Shown here: one piece after another, positions 16,770 to 29,679 of the stretch
Position numbering within the stretch: the stretch's first letter is position 1
Layout: each line of letters opens with the position of its first letter
DNA from: the human T2T-CHM13v2.0 reference genome, Homo sapiens
DNA: 64,000 nucleotides
NCBI RefSeq assembly: GCF_009914755.1
Contig: NC_060935.1
Strand: one strand, 5' to 3'
Made by a program: the position numbers and the translations under genes
Notes under the pieces: model-generated
Told to the model about the DNA's origin: nothing
The model's database searches: none
Seen by the model: the letters and a program-made list of their open reading frames with translations, nothing else

Positions 16770-18711
16770 ATCTTTATTTATGTTTTATTCTAGATTCTGG
16801 GGTACACATGCAGGTGTTACAAGGATATATTGCATAATGGTGAGATTTGGACTTCTAGTGAACCCATCACCCAAATAGTGAACATTGTACCCAAGAGGTA
16901 ATTTTTAGACACTCATTCCCTCCCACTCTCCCTTTTTGGAATCCCCAGTGTCTATTATTTCCATTCATATGTCTATATGTACCCATTATTTGGTTCCCAC
17001 TTATAAGTGAGAATATGTGGTATTTGATTTTCTGGTTCTGAGTTGTTTCACTTAAGATAATAACCTCCAGCTCCATCCATGTTTCTTCAACAGACATGAT
17101 TTCATTCTTTTTTAATGACTGCATAGTAATCCATGGTGTATATATCCCATTTTCTTTATCCAATCCACCAATGATGGACACTTAGGTTAGGTTGATCCCA
17201 TAACTTTACCATGGTGAATAGCACTGAAATAAAAATACATGTGAGGGTATCTTTGTGACATAACAATTTATTTTCCTTTGGGTAAGTAATCAGTAGTGGT
17301 ATTGCTGGGTCAAATGTTAGTTCTATTTTTATTTCTTTGAGAAATTTCCAAATTGCTTCCCACAGTGGCTAAAAAGTTTTGTATTCCCACTAACAGTGTA
17401 TAATCATTCTCTTTTCTTCATGGCCTTGCCAACATCTGTTATTTTTCAACTTCTTAATAACAGCCATTCTGACAGGTATGAGATGGTATCACGTTGATAC
17501 CAGAAGACAATAGACATCTTCACATAATTTGCATTTTAATTTGCATTTCTCTGATGATTATTGATGGTGAGCATCTTTTCATATGTTTGTTGGTGGCTTT
17601 CATATGTTTGTTGGAATCTCCATCCACGTTGCTTCAAAGGATATGATTTCATTCTTTTTTAATTGACCGCATGGTGTATATATATTAAATTTTCTTTATC
17701 CAATCCACCAGTGATGGACACTTAGGTTGATTCCATGACTTGATTGATTCCAATCAGCCAGGTCATGGTCGATTCCATGACAACATGGATGGAGCTTCCA
17801 AAAAGAAGACATACAATGTTATGTTTTTTTCTTGTTGATTTCAGTTCTGTACAGATTCTCGCTATTCGTCCTCTATCAGATGCAGAGTCTGCAAATATAT
17901 TCTCCCATTCTGTAGGATGCTTGTTTGCTGATTTTTTAATTTAATTTTATTTTCTGTGCAGAAGCTCTTTCATTTAATCCTTTGTCTATTTTTGTTTTTG
18001 ATGCATTTGCTTTTCAGGTCACGGTCATAAATTCTTTGTTTAGGCCAATATCCAGAAGAGTTTTTCCTAGGCTTTCTTCTAGGATTTTTATAGTTTCAGG
18101 TCTTACATTTAAGTCTTTACTCCATCTTGAGTTAATATTTGTATATGGTAAGAGATAAAGGTCCATTTTCATTCTTATGCATATGGATAGCCAAATTTCC
18201 CAGTGCCATTTAATAAGGTATCCTTTTCTCATTGTTTATTTTTGTCAACTTTGTTTAATGTCAGTTGGTTATAGGTATGCAGTGTTTTTTTCTAGGATTT
18301 CTATTCTGTTCCATTTCATCTATGTGTCTATTTTTGTGCCAGAACCATGCTGTTTTGGTTACTGTGGCCTTGTAGTATAGTTTGAAGTCAGGTAATATGA
18401 TGCTTCCAGCTCAGTTCTTTCTGCTTAGGATTGCTTTGTCTGTTTGGGCTCTTTTTTGTTTCATATGCTGGCTTTTTCTAATTTTGTAAAAAATGATGAT
18501 AATTTGGTAGAAATTGCATTGAATCTGTAGATTTTTTGAGCAGGATGGTCATGCCAATGATATTGATTCTTCTATTCCATGAGCATGATATATTTTTCCA
18601 TTTGTTTATGCCATCTATAATTTATTTCACCCATGTTTTGTAGTTCTTCTTGTAGAAGTCTTTCATCTCCTTGGTTAAATGCATTCCTAGGCGGGGGTGT
18701 ATGTATATGTT

Positions 18712-18745
<34 letters not shown>

Positions 18746-19129
18746 TATTGTAAAAGGGATTGAGTTTTCAATTTGGTTCTCAGCTTGAGTGTTGTCAGTG
18801 TATAGGCATACAACTGATTTTTGTTCATTAATTTTCTATCCTAAAACTATATTGAAATTGTTTATCAAGTCCAGAAGTCTGTTGGAGGAGGCTTCAGGGT
18901 TTTCTAAGTATAAGATTATGTAATTAGTGAATATAAATAATATGACTTTCTGTTTTCCAATTTAGATGACTTTTATTTATTTCTCTGCCTGATTGCTCTG
19001 GCTAGCACTTTCAGTACTATGTTGAATGGTACTGGTGACAGTGAACATCATTGTCTTGTTCTAGTTCATAGTGGGGCTGCTTTCAACTTTTCCCAATTCG
19101 GGAATGATGTTTGCTGTGACTTTGTTTCA
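16770..19129 (-). mobile_element. L1PB-like LINE, 5'-truncated, internally rearranged
   Basis: Antisense 3'UTR (GTGAACCCATCACCCAAATAGTGAACATTGTACCC); ORF2 peptides ETWMELEVIILSE and [16 protein letters not shown]; approximate TSD AAACTCAATATCTT (16756-16769) / AAATTCAGTATTTT (19130-19143). Confidence 0.92.
18714..18744. repeat. (TG)n microsatellite
   Basis: Direct TG repeat within the L1PB. Confidence 0.95.
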
Positions 19130-20543
19130 AAATTCAGTATTTTAATATATGACTTTTCTCCAAATTTATCTTTATATTTAACACTGTCTGAATCAAAATT
19201 ATGTCCATATTTTTGTATAAATTCATATTTTTTCCTAAAACATACTTAAAATTTCAAAAGACCTGGAAAAATTCTTGAAACAAAAAAAAGTTTGGAGAAA
19301 CAAGAGAACTAAGTCAATAGAATGGCATGCTTGCAAATAAACTACATTAATATAGAGAATTAACTTTTACAAAAATGCCATAGCACTTGAAAAAGGAAAA
19401 GAAAGTATTTTCAATGAATAATGCAGAAACACTTTGATAACTAGTCTTTTAATAATTATTCTACCTTATACCCCACACATATTATTTTTTATAGGAAAAA
19501 ATAACTAAAAATAAAAGGCTAAATTTATAAAGCCTTAAAGGTATCTACTGGAGGATATTTGGGTTTGCAAAAATTTCTTAGGGAGGACACAAAAATTACT
19601 AATAAAAAAGTGGCTAATTTTCTTCAAAAAATTCTGCTCACTTAATAACATTTTAAAACGTACTAGAAGAAAGAAATATTGTATATATCTGACATTTACA
19701 TCTACAATATAACCAAATCAAAATCACCCAATATGAAATTAACAAAAGACCTGTGCAAGTCTTCACAGGTTCATACACACAAAAATAAAGATACAAAAAT
19801 AGCACATGAAATGATGCTCAAAATCCTTAGACAGTAGGGAAATACAATTTAAATCAGCATACAATACCAACACATTAGAATGGCTACAATTAACTAAGAC
19901 TGATATTAAGTGTTGGTAATGTTGTGGATCAACTGAAGCTGTCACTTGACTTGCTGGTAGGAATTAAAATGGATACAACTACCTTGGAAAAGATTTTGAA
20001 AATATCTTCTAAATTTAAATTCATTTATCATATGACTCGGCCATTTCACTTCTTGTTATTTACTAAACATAAGCAAAAATATTTATCCACATTTTTTACA
20101 AGGATGTTTCTAGCAACTTCATTCAAAATATACAAACAGTGGGAAAAAAAAATCTAAGAGCTTATTTCCAGGTAAATAGATGAAAACAATGTTATTTATA
20201 CAATAAATGGAATACTAACCTGCAGCAAATAGACACAAACTACTGTTGCATTCAATAACATGAGAAAAATCCAAAAAAATGTTGTGTGAAAGAAGGCATA
20301 CAAAAGAGTGCATGCTATATTATTTCATTAATATGAAGCTCCAGAACAGGTTAAAATAATCAAAACAAATGATAGAAATTAGAATGATGCTTACCTGGAA
20401 GATGTCATGGGATAAAAATAATCTAAATATTGACCAATGTGCTTGTTATATATATACATATATTTATTAAAACTCATCAAAGTGTACCCTTAAAAATCTG
20501 TACATTTTATTTTATGTAAATTATACTTCAATAAAAAATTAAA
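19130..20543 (+). mobile_element. Old L1M (L1ME-like) ORF2 end and 3'UTR; host of the L1PB, with its upstream part at ~16640-16769
   Basis: Degenerate ORF2 C-terminal sequence; ends AAAACTCATCAAAGTGTAC...GTAAATTATACTTCAATAAAAAA. Confidence 0.75.
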
Positions 20544-22139
20544 AGGTTTGATTCTGACAGTTAATTTAATATGACTATTAGCTGTTCTATTGAAGGTGTT
20601 AAATAAACAGATCTATGAGTCTGTTGTTCTTTGAGAGTTCCATGTTATTGAAAACATTTAAGAATTATTCACAGAGATAGAAGGAATAGATATTATCCTC
20701 TCTTTCTGAACTCCTTTCTTGTCTATAGCTATGAAGGCCATGTAAGATCCAAGCATTCTTCATAAACTTATTGCAAACCCTCCTCTACCATGGATATTCT
20801 TTTCAGACAATAACCACTTCCAATTATACTGGTGAATTATTCTAGTACACTTTTGTGTTTGAAGGAAATAAGTGGTAATTTGGAACTTTACCCTTTTTTC
20901 TAATGAGATCCTGCTTTCTCGGAACACAGTTTCTGATTACCTCTTGGCCCTTTCCTGCCATTTTATTTTTCCTTTTTTCTTAGTTTTGATCTGCCTTTGA
21001 CTAGTAGGAAGGTGGATTTAAAATTGTAAAACTTACTTAATATTTACAGTAAGTCATATTAACCAGCATCAACTTTATCAGAATAATGACAAATATAATT
21101 TTATTTATATATATATATATATATACCTATTAACCCTAATTTAGAAACTTTCAATGGATTATAAGCTTGAGAGGTCAAATACAGCATCACTCATTAGCCA
21201 CTAAAACTTCAACAGAGCTACCATATCCAAATTCCGATTCTCTGTATTTTACCAATTCTAAATATTAGTTAGTTTGCATATTTGAAGTACTTTACAACTC
21301 AATGAAACATTGAGAATTTGGAAGTAATCTGTGAAAAAGCCCTTTATTCAAGACTAGCATTAAATCTCAGAGGTGAGTGATACTGTTTAGAAAGACAATT
21401 GACAAAACTTTCTATGGAGGACTGTATGTCACTGTATATCAATTCTTCCATGTGCTATTCATTAATTTTCAAAAAATATATTAACATTTGTTACATTATT
21501 GCTAAAGAAATACTATAAAATGTTGGGGCCTATACTCTGTGACCACAAGGCTATTAGGACATAGATTGTTTAGAAGTAGGCAGAAGACAGAAAAAATAAA
21601 TATGAAATATGGAATTATTTTGGTTTGTTAAGGTAATATTGATGACACTGCCAATGATTTCTTCTCTTATTGAAGGTGGTGAGTCAGGAAGGCATAAGTT
21701 TTTTTTTATATTTAAACATATAACACAACTTTATGATGAATATGAGCATAAAATTGCAGTTTAAGATATCCTTTGTGTATTAAAAAATACAAAGCCAAGT
21801 CTCAATGTAACTATTTAGCAATGTAGTATAATTGGAAAATTTATAACAGTTCTCAGCACAAGACGAACAGTGTTGTGATTGTGTTCCTAACTACTCATAA
21901 TTGTTTCTTCTAATAATTATCCATCTCTTTCCCCTGACTGTTCCTTTCAAATGATTTGTATATTTTATAAAGCTTCTTGATTCTGTGTGCTGATTTCTTA
22001 GTAAGGGTTGCTTTGAACGTGCAAATTAATATTTTGAGTGGAAGTTTTCTTTCACATGTTTATCAATAAAAATCTATATGTTTCCTTGAATTTTTTAATA
22101 CTATTGTTTTCCAACTCAAAAGTATAGAAAAGACACCGT

Positions 22140-22265
22140 GGGATGTTAATAGTGGTATAGGTTGTGTATATGTGGGGATGGGGGTTATGTGGGAACTCTG
22201 CACTTTAGGTTCTATTTTGCTTGAACCTAAAACTGATGTAAAGTGCAAAGTTTATTAATTTAAAT
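22140..22265 (+). mobile_element. L1MC/MD 3' terminal fragment
   Basis: GGGATGTTAATAGTGG...ATGTGGGAACTCTGCACTT...GAACCTAAAACTG. Confidence 0.7.
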
Positions 22266-24829
22266 ACATATGAAAATATATTTAAAGCTCTTTTAATATT
22301 TATTGCTGTAGAAAATTGGCAAGAATAAAGTAGTTGTAAGATTTGTCTATTGAGAAAATAGCATCACACAATAACATTTTGTGAACTAAATGTATTTACA
22401 TTTACCAAAATTTATTTTGTGTTAACCCAAAGAAATCTAAGTGAACTAAAAATACTTATTATTTTTAATTAAAAATAAATTAGAACATTATAACACTGAA
22501 GAAATATGCAGACATTTTCTAGTCGTAAGATGACAATTCTTTGAAGAATAAATACCTTCATTGTTATTTTGATAAGCTATTATTTGATAAGCTGTATCTT
22601 TTTATGGTATGTAAATAAATGTTCCAGATTCAATTATATTTATGCAATCTATAAGTATATACAGAAGTTTTATCATAACTAAGACTTTGAAGGAAAATTG
22701 GAATGAATTTGAGGGGAAAGAGGAGCAATTCTACGTCTATTAGCCTCTATGTTATTTATTTAAGTCACTTCACGTCTCTGGTTCTGTTTTTTATTTTTGA
22801 TGTAAATATATAACATCTTAATCTTGGTATACATGGACGGGTGGTAGAAGATTTATACAATCATGTAACTAAGTGCAAAATTCAAAGAGAATGTACATTT
22901 TACAGAAGAGTCTCTATACTTATATTCAATGGCAGCTATAGAATTTCTATATAACAGGAGAGAAAATGTATTTAATTAGATTGAATGTTTAACTGATATG
23001 GCTTAGGAAGTATGACAATAGCAAGTGTTTGGTGATCGAAGCCTTATACTGCAAGCAGCCCTGGACAGTATCATTGCCTTTAATGATTTTAAAAGTGATT
23101 ATTGAGGAGAGAATAGTTTAAAAGCATTAGTCTAGATAGGTCTAAAGCCTTTGAGAAAGAAAGCATGAATGAATGAACATTTTAGTACATAATCAACATC
23201 AGAAAATATACAATAAAATTTCCAGTTTTTAAATGAATGGGCCTGGCACATTCCAAGCAGAATGGAAGGAAAGCCATACAGAAAGTCAGAAGGCCAACAT
23301 GGGAGTCCCATCTCTGCTACAAACCTCAAGTTGCTTCGGTCTCTGAAATTCAGTTTGCTTATCTAAAGAACAAATATTCAGGTTGACCCAGTCATATATA
23401 GTTTACTTTATTAATCTTTTTTTTTTGAGTAGCTACCACTTGGCAGTACTGCATGAAATGTAAGAGGTATAAATATAAACAGAAACAACTGCTGCCTTCA
23501 GGAAGCTGTTGCCCTTTGAATGTTTTCTCTCAAAGCAGATCCATCTAGCTTAGGGAAAGTGGACTTCTTTCTTTTTCTTGTTCTTACAGCTAGGGATATT
23601 CTTTATCTTTCCTTAAAATTCCCTCATGCTTTCAACCTACTTTTCTACATACCCTTAGCTCATTTCTTTGTGGCTGTAACTGTCCCAATCTTGGGGCTAA
23701 TTTCCAGAATTAGAAAGAAGTTTTCATCATTGAAAATTAGAAAATTTTAGAGGTATCATGACAAACAATATAAAATAAAGAAACTTTTAGCAAATTTACA
23801 AAGAGTAGATGCTTTTTTCCTCTCAATATCTGCTTCCAATCCCCTTCACACTCCCCATCAGTCTTATCATCTCTTATTAACAGGACTAACAACTAAAACA
23901 TGTATAAGAATATCAAGAGTGGGGGAAAGTCATTTTTAGTGTGTCCCCTTCTGGCTCACATTTTACTTCATATTTTATATTATAATCTTTGTATATTTTG
24001 ATTGACAAAGTCACAATTAGCACAATAAAATAATAAGATAATTTTCTCTATTCTGTGCACTTCAGTAATAACATGAATAAATCTCACATAAGAAAACAGG
24101 GATAAGGTAAGGAATGTGTATTATTCTACATAAGCATAGATGATTAAGTTTAACTAGCCTCAACCAAAGAAAAATAAAAACTGCTTCAGGTCCAAAATAC
24201 CAAAAGTCTATTTGTAGAGAAATCAGGGTATTAAATAATTATAAAATTGATAAAAGAAAAGAAATATTTAGCCAAGACTACTCCATTTAGACTTCTGTCT
24301 TTAAAAACTTGTACCCAAGTTTATCAATTCCAGTTTTTAATTCTCAATTCTACCAAATTCCAAAGTTTAAAACACTACAAATTTTAAAATAAAACTCAAA
24401 ATTAGCCAAAGTTTGTTATAAAAATATAGCTATGATTCTGTCTCAGATTCTTTGTGGGTTTTTAGGTAAAGGGCAAAAATATAAATGAAAAGAGGTAACA
24501 AAAATGGTGCAAATTTAAGACAGCTTATTTTTCTGACATTCTGGTAATTTTAAATCAAGATAGAGAATTGTTAGCAGAAGTGCCAGGAACATAAGATCTG
24601 CTAAATAAAATGATGCTACATTTAAAGTGAAGATAAAAGACATAAATTACAGTAGACAGAAGGATCCCTTTTGGGAATTAACTTAGAAATTGTATCAGAC
24701 TTTGAAATAAGAACAAAATAAGAGTGAAAGAAAAAGGATGATGATTTTAACTTCTAAAGCTTATTATAAAATGTTTGAAAAATGTCATAATTGTAAAGAT
24801 ATTTAAATAAAAATATTTAAATATATAAT

Positions 24830-24905
24830 TAAGATAGATATAATAGATAAACAGACAGGGATGGATGGATACATGGATGGATATGTAGATACTTGGATGG
24901 ATATA
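24830..24905. repeat. Degenerate (GATA)n/(GGAT)n simple repeat
   Basis: AGATAGATA...GGATGGATGGATACATGGATGGAT. Confidence 0.8.
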
Positions 24906-25022
24906 TCATAAATGACACTCGAACTGAAATAACCTTGTTGGTTTTTTCAAAGTCAGTTATTTTATATGGATCTTTGGGTCCATCTCTCACAGCAACTGTC
25001 TACTTGGGGACAACGACATCTA

Positions 25023-25048
25023 TTTTTTTTTTTTTTTTTTTTTTTTTT
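25023..25048. repeat. Poly(T) tract
   Basis: Uninterrupted T run with no adjacent SINE body. Confidence 0.95.
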
Positions 25049-25480
25049 GCTCTAAAAGACATATCTTACTGATTCTGCAAGGAATTGTCCTTCAAAAATT
25101 AAATGGTAAAGAAACTAAAAAGAAAAAAGGAACTATGGTGGGCCTATTTTTTTTCTATTTGTATAGCTAGATAAAAATCACGTTTACATTGGGACATAGG
25201 AACTATTCCATTTTCTTTGAACGCTAAAAAATGTCTTGGGCATGAGGAGAATGATAAATGAAAAAGCAGACCCAGCATGATATACCCAAGTGAAGCTCTC
25301 TCCACATGCCCTTTTACTCCTCCATCAGGGCATAAAGAATGACATTATAAAAGTTGGGTTATCTTGACCTTCTGCTTACTGTGAAACACATAGTTGATCT
25401 TTTCTTCTATTCATCAGACTCTTCCCAAGTACGGCTATTGGATTTTTTGACTTGACACTTAACAATGCTCTTCACAGTAA

Positions 25481-25960
25481 ATGCTAGTTAGAGCTTGTTT
25501 ACTTGAAAGTTACCAAACTCAATTCAAGTTGACTAAAACAAACAACCAAAGGAATTGTTTTCTCATTAAGTCAAACTCAATTCAAGTTGACTTAAACAAA
25601 CCACCAAAGAAATTGTTCCCTCATTAAGTAGTAATTTATTTATTTTGCTTTGTTTTGGTCCATGTGGACAGAGGATATCTTGCTCAATATTTTTCAGCAC
25701 TTCTCACTGTGTGTTGACTTCAGTTTTAGAAAGTCTCTCTCTTTTGAACCTCTAGATGACAGACAGCAGCTCTAGTGACCACATTTACCCCAAGTCACTC
25801 ACAACAAACAGTAAGTAATTTTAGTCTAGAATTCCCAGTGAATAGTACTGGCATATATGCTGATAGATTTAATTTATACTGCTCTCTTAACCAACCAATG
25901 AATATAAGTCATACAGTGTGTTGCTTGGCTTAGGCCTAAATTATGTGCTCTGCTCATAGA
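25481..25960 (-). mobile_element. Old MaLR LTR (MLT1K/L-like)
   Basis: TAGTTAGAGCTTGTTTACTTGAAAG...CAAACTCAATTCAAGTTGACTAAAAC resembles the antisense MLT1K terminus; boundaries approximate. Confidence 0.5.
25514..25629 (+). repeat. 58-bp tandem duplication (2 copies)
   Basis: 25514-25571 versus 25572-25629, 5 mismatches. Confidence 0.95.
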
Positions 25961-27499
25961 AGCAGTAGTGATCACAGAAATATAAATTATCCCAGGGTGC
26001 CAATTTTGCCAACTGAGTTAGAAAGTAATATAATAACTGCTAATACCTACTCTTCCAGATAGCTATCTGATGTTGATTCATGCATTAAACTGGATCAAAG
26101 TAGTTGTAATAGGTACAGTACTTCTGGACAACAATCTAACTCAAAAATATAAAGAAAAACAAGACAAGCAAAATGCTTTATTTCTACCCAGCATTTGAAT
26201 CACTGGGTATTTGTTTTAAAAATTAAACATAAAATTTAAAAAATAATAATAAATTATGCAGGGTTTGCCTATTTAAACAGATGAATTTAAAACAACAAAA
26301 TTTTGGAAGTCAATATCCATGAGAGAAAATTGTAGTGCATCCTCACACTCATTGGTAGGGGAGTGATTTTTAAATACTCCCCATTATAAAACTGTGTATC
26401 AAAACAAACTGTGAGGCTATATTCTCCTAGTTTTATACCACCTTTTATCTCTATACCTCATCTGCAACCCTGAAAAATTGCAGCCTTAATGAATCCCTAT
26501 GATGCTGGCAGTATGTCACAGCTGTCACTTCTATGAGCCATGTTATTATAGGAAAATATTTGTAAGGAGTTCTATAAATAATATATTACACAGCAATTTA
26601 CATGGCAATTCTGAAATCTAATAAATGAGAACTATTTTATAGTGTAATGTTAAATTAAAGAAAAAGTAGGCTAGTCCATTGAATACATACCTTAATGGCA
26701 ATCATAAATGCTGAGCTATGGATGCTAATTTAACTTGGGCTAAAGAAATGAAAAGAGAGTTTCCTCTATTTTATTTATTTTCTATTATGTAATATGGACC
26801 TAATAATATATCAGCATTATTCTTTTATATATTTATTTCTATTATATACACAGGGCAGAAATGATAATTATAATTTTCTTTTCTACATAGGTATCCACAT
26901 ATATAAGAGAAAACTAATTTAATAAACAACCAAATTGTATACTGCCTTATTCATATATTAATAAATTACATTTGAAAGTCACACAGAAAAGCCAATTCCA
27001 CAATGATATCATGATACTCAATAAAACCAGCTACTTAAAATTCCTTAAAATTTAGTAAATTTTTTTAATCTAAACCTATTAACACTAGGGTATTTTATCA
27101 TGTTCAATCACTAAAGAAGAGTCTAATCCTGTAAAGTAAGATTTCCAAAATGAAAGCAGGAAATTAGAATGACTACTTTGCTGGTAAAATGCCTGCTGGC
27201 TCGTAATGCACAATATCCGAAAGGTGATCAGGCCACACAATGACTCAATCTTGATTGTCTGCTTTTATTTAAAGTTATTGCTGCTAGGAGACTGCTCTCT
27301 CGTAATCGTGCCTTGAATTTCCTTGAAGATGGACAATTCCTGGAACCTGCCAACTTGGTGAGGGCATTGGGAAAACAGAGTGTGCATTTAAGGAGAATTT
27401 ATTTTTTTCAAATTTTTACTGCATTCTTTACCCAAGAAATATAAACAATACCATAACATTTGAAGTTCAGAAGGTGTAAGAACTGTCTTGATGAGGACT

Positions 27500-29160
27500 T
27501 ATATTTTGGTTTTAGTGTACACAGAGAGATGTGTAACACTGATGTATGTGTTGGGTAGCTGTGAAGCAATAAATTCTTAGAGTTCTTTACCCCTCAGGGG
27601 AAAAATCTGGATAAGCAATTGTTGCCATTGTACAGACCACAGGGCCATTTTCAGTGGCCCAAGACTATACAATGGGCACAATATCCAATGTTAAAATGAT
27701 TTTTTGAAGTTTTGGGAACCAGGCCCATCCTTGGGTCTCTTCCTTTATCAGTTATCCTAATCTAGTTAAAGGGTAAAAATTGGCAGCCTTCCACTCAGCA
27801 TCATCATGTGTGATGGTGGCACTACCATCTGTAAAGTGTATGAACTACCTTTGCTATTCACTCGTGATCTCAAAGGGCTCCACAGGTGACCAAAGGGTCT
27901 TGGAAATGGATGACATCATTTGGCATCATTGTATCTGGAAAAGAACTGAGGAGAGATTAGGTCACCCCTTTATACAGGTGGCATACATCAGAGTGCCTAG
28001 GTTGGGCTCTATCCTACGGTTAACACTTCCATTTGAACAGGAGGTTATGATGGTTATACAAGCTTATGGCCTAATATTTCCAAATACAGGCATGAATAAT
28101 TAAGAGCCTGCAAGAGTCTCCATCTCCAGAAGAGCCCAATATGTGGCTGGCTTTCACTCTATGTTGTATAATGTGGGACTGAAGAGGGTAGTTTTATTAT
28201 ATAGGAACCCTGAGGAATTTGTAGCCATTGTAGGTGATCTAGAGACTTCAGTAAGCATGAAGAGAGTTTGTTGAAACTTGTTTGTTGAGAGTTTGTTGAA
28301 GCAGTCTCTGGTGGTCACTAATGAAAGTTCCTATTATATTGCAATGGAGTGCCTACTACATTGTAATGTGCACGGATTCTAGAACCCATTGTTTGAGGGG
28401 TTGTCTAAAGTAGGCTGATTTGAAGTAATAAAATAATAGAATTATATAAAATTTGCATACAGGAAAGGCAATGCCTCCAGAATCCAAAATGTTTCCAAAG
28501 ATATTGAATTTATAATTATAATTAAAATGTGATTTCTGAGCAGGTCAATAACTCTTTCTTGACATTTTCTAAGATGGAGTAGCCCTTGAGAATCAAATGA
28601 TGCCAAGAATTTAGTGAAAGTCACATGCACTTCTACATTGGGCAAAACCATATCCCACCCATTTTTGTGAGATCATTTGTGAGTATTAGTCTGTACTGAA
28701 TGAGTTTATCAAATGAATCTCCCTGGGGAGGACAACGTCAATGTAATGCCCATATCTGTTTTCTTCAAGAATGCTGGATGAGGTTAAGATGCTGCTTGCA
28801 AAGATTGAGTGTGATAGCAGGGCTGTTGAGATTCCTCAGGGGTATCCTAGGGAAAGAAAACAGTACCTGAGAGGCATTGAAAAATGCAGGGAAACAAACA
28901 TTTTAGACAAATCTGTAATAACATAACAATTACCAGCTGATGATTCAATGGAGTCACTAGCTTCAATAAGATTTACCATGAAAAATTCAGTGGTTGAAAC
29001 AATGGCAATAAAGTTCCAGCAATTCACCATGAGACTCCATTTATTCTCTCTATGTGTAAGAATAGGCCAAAAGGTGCTATTAAACAGAGAAGCAATGGAG
29101 ATAATCATCCCTTTTCTAAGCAGGTCTTGTTAGAATTCTTGAAGGTCCTGTTTTAATTTC
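27500..29160 (-). pseudogene. pol: Class III (ERVL-type) endogenous retrovirus pol remnant: RT plus RNase H
   Basis: Minus-strand translation: SLFNSTFWPIL...ITDLSKMFVS (ORF 28836-29108), NSPAI, HYIDVV (28731-28748), FGFWRH (~28471-28488), YWALLEME, FTDGSA...WKAA (27821-27835), then GKEL and VTH RNase H motifs; many stops and frameshifts. Confidence 0.88.
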
Positions 29161-29165
29161 AGCCG

Positions 29166-29678
29166 TGTATTGGTATTCTACAGCAGCTGTGATAACCACA
29201 AAGTTAGTTACATAAAACAATATACATTTATTATCTTATAGTTCTGTAGAGTTCCATTTCCCAAACTGGGCCTCACTGGGCTGAAATCAAGGTTTTGAGA
29301 GGGCCAAAATCCCTTCTGAAAAGTCTAGGGGATAATCTTTTCTTTTGGTTTTTCCAGAATCTAGAGGTTGCCCACATTCCTTTAGTCGTGGCCCTCTTCC
29401 TCAGTATTCAAAGCCAGCAGCTGTGGGTCAAGTTCTTCACACATTACCTTAACCTTCCCTTTTGTCTCAGCTTCTACATTTAAGAACCCTTGAGATTATG
29501 TTGACCCACACAGATAATCCAGGATAACCCTATTTTAACATCAGCTGATTAGCAGCCTTAATTTCATCTGCTGCTTGAATTCTCCCAGTAATATAGTATA
29601 ATAATTAATATAAAATAATGTATAGGTTCTAGGCTTAGAAAACGACATCTATGAAGGACCATTATTTTCCTTACCACA
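29166..29678 (-). mobile_element. MaLR solo LTR (MLT1C/D-like) inserted in the ERVL
   Basis: TGTATT...CATTTATTATCTTATAGTTCTG...CTCACTGGGCTGAAATCAAGG...GATAATCCAGGATAA...CCATTATTTTCCTTACCACA. Confidence 0.85.
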
Positions 29679-29679
29679 G

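Noticed and set aside
25514-25629. CRISPR-like or satellite array
   Set aside because: Only two adjacent copies, no spacers, eukaryotic context
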